Of a stretch of 64,000 nucleotides of DNA, positions 50,162 to 62,090 are shown piece by piece. The DNA lies in assembly GCF_036365525.1 (NCBI RefSeq), contig NC_090375.1, positions 96,474,512 to 96,538,511 on the forward strand. Reading direction: 5' to 3'. Both the position numbers and the translations under genes were made by a program. Every line of letters begins with the position of its first letter. Position 1 is the first letter of the stretch. The notes beneath the pieces were generated by a model, which saw only the letters and a program-made list of their open reading frames with translations, did no database searches and had not been told where the DNA came from. This stretch comes from Heterodontus francisci. Taxonomy: Eukaryota.

Positions 50162-53100
50162 GGGGAGGCAGTGGTGTAGTGGTATTGTCACTGGAATAGT
50201 AGCCCAGAGACCCAGGGTATTTCTCTGGGGACATAGGTTCGAATCTCACCACAGCACAGGATGGAATTTGAATTCAATTAATAAATCTGGAATTTAAAAA
50301 AAAGCTAGTCTAATGATGGCCCATCTGATTCACTAATGTCCTTTAGGGAAGGAAATCTGCTGTCCTTACCTGGTCTGGCCTACATGTGACTCCAAACTCA
50401 CAGCAATGTGGTTGACTCTGAAATGGTCTAGCAAGCTACTCAGTTGGATCTAACCGCTATGAAGTCAATAAAACAGAATGAAACCAGGTGGACCACCCGG
50501 CATCAACCTAGGCACCTGAAACAGCAATGGCAAATCTAGCCCTGTCGACCCTGACAAAGCCCTCCTTACTAACAACTGGGGGCTGGTGCCAAAGTTGGGA
50601 GAGCTGTCCCACAGACTAGTCAAGCAACAGCCTAACATAGTCATACTCACGGAATCATATCTTACAGACAATGTCCCAGACTCTGCCATCACTATCCCCG
50701 GGTATGTCCTGTCCCACCGGCAGGACAGACCCAGCAGAGGTGGTGGCACTGTGGTATACAGTCGGGACGGAGCTGCCCTGGGAGTCCTTAACATGACTCC
50801 AGACACCATGAAGTCTCTGGAAAGGAGAGCTTCTGCTGATTACCATCTACTGCCCTCCCTCAGCTGATAAATCAGTACTCCTCCATGTTGATCACCACTT
50901 GGAGGAAGCACTGAGGCTGGCAAGGGCACAGCATGTACTCTGGGTGGGGGACTTCAATGTCCATCACCAAGAGTGGCTCGGTAGCACCACTACTGACCGG
51001 GCTAGCCATGTCCTAAAGGACATAACTGCTAGACTGGGTCTGCAGCAGATGGTGAGGGAACCAACATGAGGGAAAAACATACTTGACCTCATCCTCACCA
51101 ATCTGCCTGCCACAGATGCATCTGTCCATGATAGTATTGGTAGGAGTGACCACCGCAGTCCTTGTAGAGAGGAAGTCTCACCTATACATTGAGGACATCC
51201 TCCATCGTGTTGTGTGGCACTACCACCATGCTAAATGGGATAGATTTTGAACAGATCTAGCAATGCAAAACTGGACATCCATGAGGACCACCAGCAGCAG
51301 TAGAATTGTACTCAACCACAATTTGTAACCTTATGACCCGGCATATTCCCCACTCTACCATTACCATCAAGCCAGGAGACCAACCCTGGTTCAATGAAGA
51401 GAGCAGGAGGGCATGCCAGGAGCAGCACCAAGCATACCTCAAAATGAGGTGTCAACCTGGTGAAGCGACAGCACAGGACTATCTGCATGCCAAACTGCAT
51501 AAGCAACATGTGATGGACAGAGCTAAGCGATCCCATAACCAACAGATCAGATCTAAGCTCTGCAGTCTTGCTGCATCCAGCCATAACTGGTGGTGGATAA
51601 TTAAACAACTAACCGGACAATTATCCCCATTCTCAATGATGGGGGAGCCCAGCACATCAGTGCGAAAGATAAACCTGATAAGTCATTTGCAACAATCTTC
51701 AGCCAGAAATGCTGAGTTGATGATCCATCTTGGCCTCCTCCTGAAGTCCCCAGCACCACGGATGCCAGACTTCAGCCAATTTGATTCAATCCGCGTGATC
51801 TCAAGAAATGACTGAAGGCACTGGATACTGCAAAGGCTATGGACCCCGACAATATTCCGGCAAAAGAACTGAAGATCTGTGCTCCAGAACTTGCCATGCT
51901 CCTAGCCAAGCTGTTCCAGTACAGCTACAACACTGGCATCTACCCGGCAATGTGAAAAATTGCCCTGGTATGTCCTGTACACAAAAAGCAGGACAAATCC
52001 AACCCGGCCAATTACCACCCCATCAGTCTACTCTTAATCATGAGTAAAATGATGGAAGGTGTCATCGACAGTGATATCAAGCAGCACTTGCTTAGAAATG
52101 ATCAGTGAAGCTCAGTTTGGGTTCCGCCAGGGCCACTCAGCTCCTGACCTCATTACAGCCTTGGTTCAAACATGGACAAAAGAGGTGAGGTGAGTGTGAC
52201 TGCCCTTGACATCAAGGCAGCATTTGACTGAATATGGCATCAAGGAGCCCTAGCAAAACTGGAGTCAATGGGAATCAGGGGGAAAACTCTGCCCTGGTTG
52301 GAGTTATACCTAGTGCAAAGGAAGATGGTTGTAGCTGTTGGAGGTCAATCATCTGAGCTCCAGGACATCACTGCAGGAGTTCCTCAGAGTAGTGTCCTTG
52401 GCCCAACCATCTTCAGCTGCTTCATCAATGACCTTCCTTCAATCATAAGGTCAGAAGTGGGGATGTTTGCTGATGATTGCACAATGTTCAGCACCATTCA
52501 TGACTCCTCAGATACTGAAGCAGTCTGTGTAGAAATGCAGCAAGACCTGAAAAATACCCAGGCTTAGGCTGATAAGTGGCAAGTAACACTCACGCCACAC
52601 AAGTGCCAGGCAATGACCATCTCCAACAAGAAAGAATCTAACCATCTCCCCTTGACATTCAACAGCATTACCATCGCTGAATCCCCCACTATCAACATCC
52701 TGGGGGTTACCATTGACCAGAAATTGAACTGGAGTAGTCATATAAATACTGTGGCTACAAGAGCGGTGCAGAGGCTCGGAACCCTGTGGTGAGTAATTCA
52801 CCTCCTGACTCCCCAAAGCCTGTCCACCATCTACAAGGCACAAGTCAGGAGTGTGATGGAATACTCTCCACTTGCCTGGATGGGTGCAGCTCCGACAACA
52901 CTCAAGAAGCTCGACACCATCCAGGACAAAGCAGTCCACTTGATTGGCACCTCATCTACAAACATTCTCTCCCTCCAACGCCAACGCACAGTGGCAGCAG
53001 TGTGTACTGTCTACAAGGTGCACTGCAGCAACGCAGCAAGGCTCCTTAGACAGCACCTTCCAAACCCGTGACCTCTACCAACTAGAAGGACAAGGGCAGC

Positions 53101-53349
53101 AAATGTATGGGAATGCCACCACCTCCAAGTCACTCACCATCCTGACTTGGAAGTATATTGCCGTTCCTTCACTGTTGCTGAGTCAAAATCCTGGAACTCC
53201 CTTCCTAACAGCACTGTGGGTGTACCTCACATGGAGAGCAGCGGTTCAGGTAGGCAGCTCACCACCACCTTCTCAAGGGCAATTAGGGATGGGCAATAAA
53301 TGCTAGCCTAGCCAGCAATGCCCACATCCCATGAAAGAATTTAAAAAAA
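50162..53349 (+). mobile_element. Full-length single-ORF LINE (CR1/L2 group) with a tRNA-derived 5' head; ORF decayed
   Basis: A box TGGTGTAGTGG (50172-50182); B box GGTTCGAATCT (50236-50246). ATG at 50478 is in frame with APE LLTNNWGL..VILTESYL (TGA at 50517). GDFN, SDH, GVPQSSVLGP and MFADD follow. 3' end gggcaattagggatgggcaataaatgct with A-tail. Confidence 0.88.
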
Positions 53350-53388
53350 GCAATTAAAGCTGAAAAGCTAAAGGTTGGATTTTCCTCT

Positions 53389-54317
53389 TGTTACAACCAG
53401 GTGAGAAAGGTGTCCAGGGATCTTTTATTGTCTTCACCTGGTCTTATTGTAACAGGGTTTAATTTTAAATACACCGTGTTTTGAGCTCCCCCTTTGGTGA
53501 CCATCCTTGTTCACTACTTTCCAATTATAAGGCAAAGAAATGACCATCAGCAGGCTTTCTTGGGTTTAAAGAAGAAAAGTGAAACTTATTAAACTTAAAC
53601 TTAATCTCTGATACAGTTAACACCTACGGATATACGACTCTAGCATGCACATGTGATACACACATGCAAATAGGGACAGAAAAGAGCAGAAGAAAAATAA
53701 AATGGAGAGGTTTGAGACAATATCAGAAGAGTTTCTTGTTTACTGTGCTTTGAGCTCACTGTAGTCCTTTTGTAAGTAGTCTTGCTTTTTGTTGGGGCCC
53801 AATATTCTTCTTAAAACTTGTTCACTGTAGGAGACTTTTCTCTCTTAGGGTTCATGTGTCTTCAATGGTTTCCAAAGCTTGTGAGAAAGAGATGGGAGCA
53901 GACAGGAGAGAGGTCTTCTCAGTCCAGCAGAAAAGTGCTTACCGATTTCAAATTCCTTGTTGGAATTTCAAATTCAAAAAACTTCAAGTCAGCCAGCCGT
54001 GTGTCCAAACTGGTCCGACCACGTGTGTTTGTGTATTCGTCCATTTTAGCAGTTAACCTGGAATGCTAGCCTTTCCACCTTCAATGTCTGGTAATCAAAA
54101 GTCCATTGTGGATTAAATTGGAGCAGCGAATAGCCCCTTTGTTCTTTGAAGTACTGTCTGTCGACATGCTAATATCCAGCCAAAGGCTCCAATTGTTTTT
54201 TTTAAAGCAAGTTCTTTCTTCACCAACAACTGTTTAGAATCAATGTTCATCTGGCAAAATTAATTTTCCTCATTCTTGGCAGGTGGTGGGGGGGGTGGTG
54301 GGGGTGCTTGCCTGACA
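53389..54317 (-). mobile_element. Solo LTR (7529 family, inverted)
   Basis: TGTTAC...TGACA termini; flanks ctct/ctat; colinear with the reverse complement of 7529-8359. Confidence 0.85.
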
Positions 54318-56572
54318 CTATTTTATTGCTTGACTTCAGTGTGGCTGGGGTTGGATAAAGGGTGGAAAACAATGCAGCGTAAAATAGGGTGGGGTGTAAA
54401 ACAAGCACCTGACCCATGTCACCAGGCACCTATGTTAAAAGGATAGCTAGTATCCTTGTTCCAAAAATATCTTGAACAATTTTCTGCCAGAGGTGATGGC
54501 ATCTGGCTTATTACAGGGGACTGTTTATAAATAATATTTAAATGATGTCGTCACATCAAGGGCTCGATTTCTCTCTCACTGGTAGTTTACTGGTTGGCCT
54601 GCCCACCTAATACTGCTGGAAATCCACATAATGTTTCTGGAGGGAGCCTCATTCGATAGACTGGGCAGGATTCTAGCTCCTGACTGCTTCTTTATCACTG
54701 AGATGGAGAAGCATGCAATCCAGCTGCAGCATTTAAATGGTTGTTGCTTATTAAAAGGCTTGTAGCTCTTGAATTGGAGGAAGTGAGGAAAAAGATGTAA
54801 GACCCTCTCCCTGTTCTAAAGGTTCTCGCCTTTACTCTGGGTATCAATGGCACACAACAACTTGGATACTGTTCCACTAGATGTGGTACACTTTATTATC
54901 CCACTAAGCAATGGTACATACTCAAGATAATACTGGTTGCTTAGCAGCTGCGTGAGCTGGAGTCCATCTCGGTGGCCAATCCGCCGACAAATCTTCCATG
55001 TGCGACTTCCGGATGGCCGACCTCGCCACCCTAACCACTGAAGCAAAGATGTTCCTGTGGACTCTTTCTTTATACCTTTTTTTAGTTATGGCTCTGTTCT
55101 ATATGAGGTAAAGCCTGTCTTTAACTCCTTTAATTGGTCTGCAATTACCTCACTGTCTTTTGGAAAAACAAGGTATATGGCTACAGGCACGGGTCGCACG
55201 TAGAAATTTCAAGGCCCACTGCTTCAGATAACAAAGACAGTTTCTCTGCTATGCTATCTCTAGCACGTTATCAATATTGAGACTGAAACAGACATTTTCT
55301 TATGCTCTTAATGAGCAAGGCCTGAATCTCTTCCCAGATGCTCGCATGTTTGCAGTTTAATTATTTTTGCTGACCTTGCTAATTCAGACAAGGCTCTGTC
55401 ATGACCAGAATTGCCCACCTTCCCATGCATTTTCAAGCCCACAATACAGTTCATTCGATGCATTTGGTCTGGGTACTCCGATGCTCCATGTAGTCACAAT
55501 GAGACAGACTACACACACACTGGATTTCACCACAACTGATCTACATTCATGAATACAAAAGAAATAAAGGAAAAGTTACATGGTTAAAAAGTGATTGTAC
55601 ATGAAAAGGTAAAATAATGGGCTGAATTTTACAGCTCCCCCTGACATCAGGGGTCGTGGCGGGGGGCTGGAAAATGCCTCCGGAGAAGGCCCACCATGGG
55701 CCTCGAGGCCGGGAAGGCCCAGCCCAATATTGCCAGCGGGGATGAGACCTCGTGGCGGCCACCCCGGCGCTCGGTGGTAGAAGCCAAATAAGCATATTTT
55801 AAATTACTGAGTAAATGACCTAACCGCTCCCATGTTTTTGGTGCCGGTGGCCGGCACTCCTGTGCCTTCAGGTCCCCATCTGGGGATCCGAGGTGGGACA
55901 CAGGTGGGGAGGGGGAGCAGATAAGTTTTTCAGTGGGGGGTGGGGAGCGGCATCAGAGTGTAGGGGATGGCGGAAAGGGGTAAAGTTTAAAGTTTCTGAA
56001 CTTGGTGGGGGGGAAGGTCAGGTGCACAAGGTAAGTGTTTTGTGGAGGGAGAGGGCAGGTAATTATTTCCATGGTTATTTGGTGGGGGGTGGGGGGTGGG
56101 AGAGGGTCAGGATCAATTTATTTAATTTTTTAATTTCACTGTCGCTTTAAATATTCAGATTAAATGGAAGGGTTCAAAGCCCTTTAAAAACGGCATCAGC
56201 ACCTGCACAAAGGCTGCTGACACCATTGCCGGGGACAGAATGCCCGCCCCCTCCACATCATCGGTCCGCCCTGACCATTTAAATGAGCCGTCACGCTGAA
56301 TATCGCAAATGTAAACTGCAGCCTGTTATGACCAAGGCGGGAGTAATGCGCTGTTAATTCCGTCCCACTACTGCACGGGTCATAGCATATTAGTAAAGTT
56401 TCCCACCTACTGGAAAATAGCCAAATTAAACACTCTATTTGTCCACCCAGAATAAAGCACACCAAACCAGGTTTCTTTAAACAACAACAAAATGAACTAT
56501 GTATTAATAACTTAAGTCTTAAACAATAATGAGATAACCCTCATGCACACAAACATACATAAAAAAAGTTAA

Positions 56573-56805
56573 TATAAAAACAAGAAATGCTGGAATCACT
56601 CAGCAGGTCTGGCAGCATCTGTGGAAAGAGAAGCAGAGTTAACGTTTCGGGTCAGTGACCCTTCTTCGGAACTGTTCCGAAGAAGGGTCACTGACCCGAA
56701 ACGTTAACTCTGCTTCTCTTTCCACAGATGCTGCCAGACCTGCTGAGTGATTCCAGCATTTCTTGTTTTTATTTCAGATTTCCAGCATCCGCAGTATTTT
56801 GCTTT
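56573..56805. mobile_element. Palindromic Penelope-like mini-element with hammerhead motifs
   Basis: Perfect inverted repeat 56574-56672 / 56674-56772 with a 1-nt spacer; exact 17-bp TSD tacataaaaaaagttaa (56556-56572 and 56806-56822). Confidence 0.85.
56674..56709 (+). ncRNA. Candidate minimal type I hammerhead ribozyme (mirror copy on the minus strand at about 56637-56673)
   Basis: GTT-CCGAAGA-A-GGGTC(ACT)GACCC-GAAAC-GTT-AAC: core with U4C, extra A after A9, 5-bp helix II, palindromic ACGU in place of helix III. Confidence 0.55.
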
Positions 56806-59065
56806 TACATAAAAAAAGTTAACTGGTTTTTAAAAGGATGTTTTGGATTACAACTGTTTCTTAGGAATAATAAAATAATTAGGTTGTTACATTCTGGTAG
56901 AATATTTCTGGGTCAGTGAGATGTCCCAGAGTTGAATAGTCAGATGCCACAGTAAGTCTCTCTAGGTGAGGTTGATGAACAGTCTGTGATGGGTAGGCAT
57001 TCACGGCACTTCATCTGCAGCAGACGTCACACATATCTTTCAGCAAAGGGTGTAGCAACAGCTCCATTTTAGTTTTGAAATAGCAGTCTAGCAATAGAAG
57101 CTTATTTGAACTTTCAGGATCTCCCAAAACATAAGAGGCCACAGGAATCATTCCTAAGGCAGAGATTTTTCAGAGATTGGAGGCAATAGGCACCGGTTAC
57201 CTTTAAAATGCAGGACTTCCTCTCAGCAAAGGAGCCTTTCTCCACAGAGAGCAGCATCTTCTCTTTTCCTGGGTGTCTTCCTCTCCAGGGGTCTTTTCTC
57301 TCTCCAGGCAGACCACAGCCACTATCTCAAATGTAGTATTTCTTTTTACAAGAGAGGCAAGCATTCTATCTCAGGGAGAGGTCTTTTTTCTCTGGTCTGC
57401 AAAAACACAGGTTCCAACCAGTTTTTTCTGCCTCCTGCCTGTCCAGTTCACTGGTCTTTTACAATGCAGAGGTGAAACTGAAACGCTAACAATCAAGTCA
57501 TGTGACCTGTCATTTCCCTTTCTGTTGTTTGGAACAGGTGTCTTGCAGTCAGTTCAAACACCAAGTTTCAGCATTCAATGTTCACATAAAATCCTTTTCT
57601 CTCAGTCTTTTCAAAACACAGAATTCCAAGCTTTCAAAATAAAAAAAACCCACTTGTGACAAGCCCAATCTATTGGCTTACACAGAAATAGGCTTACAGT
57701 GGCAGAAAGAGTAGCAGCATCAGGGGGGCTACACAGTGGTCCATATGGTATTTAAGGCCCTGTAGAATGTTTGACATAGTTCTTTGGAATATTTCTGGTG
57801 CTGGTGTTATACTGAATGGAATAACGAAGGTTGTCAATAGCCTTGACTTCTTAGTCAATGGAACTTGCCAAAGCCACTATTCATGTCAAGTTTTGTGAAC
57901 ATGGTACTTTTGGATTACTTTGCCAAGTTTTCATCTACTGAGGACATCGGATGAACTTCTCTTGCCACAGCCTTATTAAGTTAATTATGCACAAATGCAT
58001 AGAGAACTGTTAGGTTTAGGAACTGGAAACATTTCCGAACACCACTCTGTAGGTTCAGTGACAGGAGAAATGATTCCCATTCTGGTAATTTCTTCTAACT
58101 GATGTTGGACTTGCTTCATTAGTTGGTGTGGTATCTTCCCAGGCATGAAAAGACATGTAGGTTTAACGCCTTTTCTCAAAGCAATGTTGTATTCGGTCTT
58201 CAGTCTTCCTAGACCAGTAAATAATTTTGAAAAGTCTTTTTGGAAGTGACTCCTGGATTCTTGTTGCTTAACTTCTTCCACTTTTCTTATAAGATGAAGG
58301 TCAATACAAGCTCTTCTACTTAAGAGAATTCCTCTGCTTTCCCTTGTACTGGAGTATTATCTGTAGCTTTCCCTTGATTTTCAGTGCAATCCCTCCTGGG
58401 CCATGTAACTGAGTTTCTGTTGGTTGCAGGTAACCGTGATAACCACGGTTCATTACTTAATAAGACCATTATACTTGCTCCAGTGTCTAGTTTAAAATAG
58501 GTGATATGTCCGTTGACATATATATCTACAGACCAAAATGCCTGATTAGGATCATTGATCTCACCAAGGAAGTTTTCTGATTTACCTCCTGATGGAGATT
58601 GTTCAACTTCATTAACAGCACTATGCTTGAAGACTTTTTTTTTGAACTTGTGGGAGTAGAGATTTTAACTATGGCACATCTTCACAAAATGGCCTATTTT
58701 CTTACAGTGGAAGCATTCTGATTTGTCTGCAGGACACTATTCATGCTTGTGGGTCTTTCTGGCACCAAAGCACTGACAGGGTTTCATGGCATCTTGCACT
58801 CTGCACCCCCACCCCCCGCCCCCCTTCCCCACCTCACTGTACCTTCTTTTCTGGTGCTTCTTTTACTGCCCTGTGATTAAGGAACTGTATGGTCACTGGA
58901 CGTTTCCTGAACCAAGGTCTTTCTTCACCTCTCAGGATTGTTCTGTTCTTCTTCCAGGACTCTGTTTGTCTCGCCAGCTGTATTGCTTTGTCTGGGGTGA
59001 GTTCTTCCTTAGACTGCAATAAATCTGATAGGGATTCATCAGCTATACTTACTGCAATGTGGTCT

Positions 59066-59135
59066 CTAATAAAAGCAAAATACTGCAGATGCTGGAAATC
59101 TGAAATAAAAACAAGAGATGCTGGAAATACTCAGT
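59066..59135. repeat. Penelope-like terminal repeat fragment, opposite orientation
   Basis: taataaaagcaaaatactgcagatgctggaaatctgaaataaaaacaagagatgctgg. Confidence 0.65.
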
Positions 59136-59159
59136 AGGTGAGCAGTACAGTAGCCTGCC

Positions 59160-61113
59160 ATTTGGAAAATGACCCATTTATCCCTACTCTTTGTTTCCTG
59201 TCTGCCAACCAATATTCTATCCATCGCAATACACTACCCCAATCCCATGAGCTTTAATTTTACATGCTAATCTCTTAAGTGGGACTTTGTTGAAAGCCTT
59301 CTGACAATCCAAATAAACCACATCCACTGGCTCCCCCTCATCAACTCTACTGGTTGCATCCTTGAAGAATTCTAGTAGATTTGTCAAGCATGATTTCCCT
59401 TTTGTAAATCCATGCTGACTCTGCCCGATTCTACCACTGTTCTCTGCTATAAAATTTCTGATAATGGACTCGAGAACTTTCCCCACTACCGACGTCAGGC
59501 TGACTGGTCTATAATTCCCTGCTTTCTCTCTACCTCCCTTTTTAAATAGTGGGGTTGCATTAGCTACCCTCCAATCTGTAGGAACTGTTCCAGAGTCTAC
59601 AGAATCTTGGAAGATGACCACCAATGCATCCACTATTTCTAGGGCCACTTCCTTAAGTACTCTGGGATGCATATCATCAGGCCCTGGCGATTTATCGGCC
59701 TTCAATCCCATCAATTTCCCCAACACCATTTCTCTACTCATCCTGATTTCCTTCAGTTCCTCTCTCTCACTAAGCCCTGTGTTCTGCAACATTTCTGGTA
59801 TGATATTTGTGTCCTCCGTTATGAAGACAGAACCAAAGTATGCATTTAGTTGGCCAGCCATTTCTTTGTTCCCCATAATAAATTCCCCTGTTTCTGACTG
59901 TAAGGGACCTACATTTGTCTTCACCAATCTTTTTCTCTTCACATACCGATAGAAACTTTTACAGTCAGTTTTTATGTTCCCCGCAAGCTTGCTCTCGTAC
60001 TCTATTTTCCCCTTCTTAATCAATCCCTTGGTCCTCCTTTGCAGAATTCTAAACTGCTCCCAATCCTCCGGTCTGTTGTTTTTCCTGGCAAATTTATATG
60101 CCTCTTCCTTGGATCTTTTGTTATCTCTAATTTCCCTTGTAAGCCATGGTTTGGCTACCTTTCCCGTTTTACTTTTTTTTTTATTTCCAAAATATACTTT
60201 ATTCATAAAAATCTGTAAAAATTACATTGCCAAACAGTTTCCAAACAGCACCAAAAAATACAAACATTGCAAGGGAGATCAGTTTCCTTCAATACCGTCA
60301 TGAGTTTCTTCCCAACCCTTCTGTTTCACAATTGTCATGTCAATTACAGTTTTACATTTACAGCAATTGAGAATATTAACGATACAGTTCAAGGGGTTTC
60401 CCATTGATCCAGCCCCTCAGTCCATCTTGGCGGGGGAACCTTACACTGTGGTCTTTCCCCATTGAGCCTTTGCTGCGGCTGCCCCAAGCTTTAGTGCGTC
60501 CCTCAGCACGTAGTCCTGGACCTTGGAATGTGCCAGTCTGCAACATTCGGTGGTGGACAACTCTTTGCGCTGGAAGACCAGCAAGTTTCGGGCAGACCAA
60601 AGGGCGTCTTTCACCGAATTGATCGTCCTCCAGCAGCAGTTGATGTTTGTCTCGGTGTGCGTCCCTGGGAACAGCCCGTAGAGCACAGACTCCTGTGTTA
60701 CAGAGCTGCTTGGGATGAACCTTGACAAAAACCACTGCATCTCTTTCCACACCTGCTTTGCAAAGGCACATTCCAGGAGGAGGTGGGCGGCACCGTTCTA
60801 CTTTTGTGCCAGACAGGGATAAGCAATGGTTGCGATTCATCCATGCGCTCTTTAAATGTTTGCCATTGCCTATCCACTGTCAGCCCTTTAAGTAACGTTT
60901 CCCAATCCGTCATAGCCAACTCGCGCCTCATACCTTTGTAGTTTCCTTTACTAAGATTCAGGACCCTAGTCTCAGATCAACTACGTCACTCTCCATCTTG
61001 ATGAAGAATTCTATCATATTATGGTGGCTCATCCCCAAGGGGTCTCGCACCACTAGATTGTTAATTATTCCTCTCTCATTACACAATACCCAGTCTAGGA
61101 TGGCCTGTTCTCT
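59160..61113 (-). mobile_element. CR1 ORF2 internal fragment, same subfamily as the 12730 element
   Basis: ORF 59217-60206 is nearly identical to the 14620-15580 translation (KADKSPGPD..LKEVALEIVDALVVIFQDS). Confidence 0.92.
60177..60792 (-). mobile_element. Tx1/L1-group LINE 3' fragment inserted into the CR1
   Basis: AHLLLECAFAKQVWKE..LWSARN C-terminus; AATAAA plus poly(A); 13-bp TSD ccgttttactttt/ccgttctactttt. Confidence 0.85.
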
Positions 61114-62090
61114 AGGTTTCCGCCAGCATGACCAATTTTGAGTTTGATTTGGTCCTTCTATGTGTCCAAACCTCTCTGGTATAGTGAATTTAAGATCCAT
61201 GGCTTTCTATTTGGTTTATTTTCTTTTTTTAAATTTACCCTCCAGTATCAGAATTTTCGCACACTTTTCAGCCTCGTGCTGACTCCCGCTATGGTCATTT
61301 TTTCTCCCTGTGAAATCTTGTTGCTAGACTCCATTTCTTTCTTTCTTCAAACAAGTTTTGTAGCATTTCTGCTGCACTCTTTTTACTCCCATCACTTAGA
61401 GTATTGAGTATTTGCCGCCCCTTTTCTTTCGCTAGCTGTCGCCACGTGTAGTAGTGCCAACCTTGGATCCACCCTTGCTAAGGACTTTTGGTTTTCCCAG
61501 TGCTGCCCAACTAGTATCGTTAGAAACAAAATTTTTTACCCTCTTTTGGGGTTGCTCACCAGATCCCCAACCATTGCTTGTTTCTTTGACATGAAGCCTG
61601 CGAACACTGGACCAGAATTTTTCACAGACTACCTGTCTCTGTGGTGCAGCCTGAGTGCCTCTACAAGTTGATTCCTTGATTCTCTATGTCTCCTTTGTCC
61701 TGGAGCTTTTCCTACAGTCCCTACTCAACTTCTGCCATTTTGGTGCTTTTTTCAGGTTAGCCTTCTTGAAAGTGTTTCTTCAAATTCTTCTGGGTGCTGT
61801 ATGGTAAGAACTACTGCTGTTCAACATATTGCATGTTTGGTTAGTCTGCTGCCACCTTAGTATATTTGTTTAGTCTAGCTAAGAGAGATTACTGAGTCTT
61901 CATTAATTTTAACATTAACTCTTCTATTACATTCTAACTATATACAGCTTTACATAAGTCTGTATGATTTCTCTGAAGCCATGCTGCATCTCCGTCCAGT
62001 TTCTCTCACGTGTGATCTCCTACATCATCATGGTGGGAGGTATTCCTTACGCTGTCTCAAACATTAACCATTTCAAAACCTTATACGACA

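Larger units (their letters stand above)
56324..57661. mobile_element. Solo LTR (about 1.1 kb plus insert)
   Basis: TGTTATGA...TTGTGACA termini; exact 4-bp TSD AGCC (56320-56323 and 57662-57665). Confidence 0.85.
55619..57666. mobile_element. PIF/Harbinger-like MITE whose right TIR is split by a solo LTR
   Basis: Left end aat|GGGCTGAATTTTAC; right end GTAAACTGC AGCC[LTR]AGCC C|aat. The 3-bp TSD AAT is recovered after removing the LTR. Confidence 0.82.
57770..62090 (-). mobile_element. Gypsy family A copy, 5' half (LTR 61827-62090, gag, pro, partial RT), with nested insertions
   Basis: LTR reverse complement TGTCGTATAAGG.. is similar to 41609. gag QSKEELTPDKAIQLARQ..GEERPWFRK matches 36256-36591. 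RT GIISPVTEPTEWCS..PVPKPN. Confidence 0.85.

Noticed and set aside
54695-55060. Coding-looking unique segment
   Set aside because: Frames are interrupted by stops and I could not recognise a homolog; needs a translated search.
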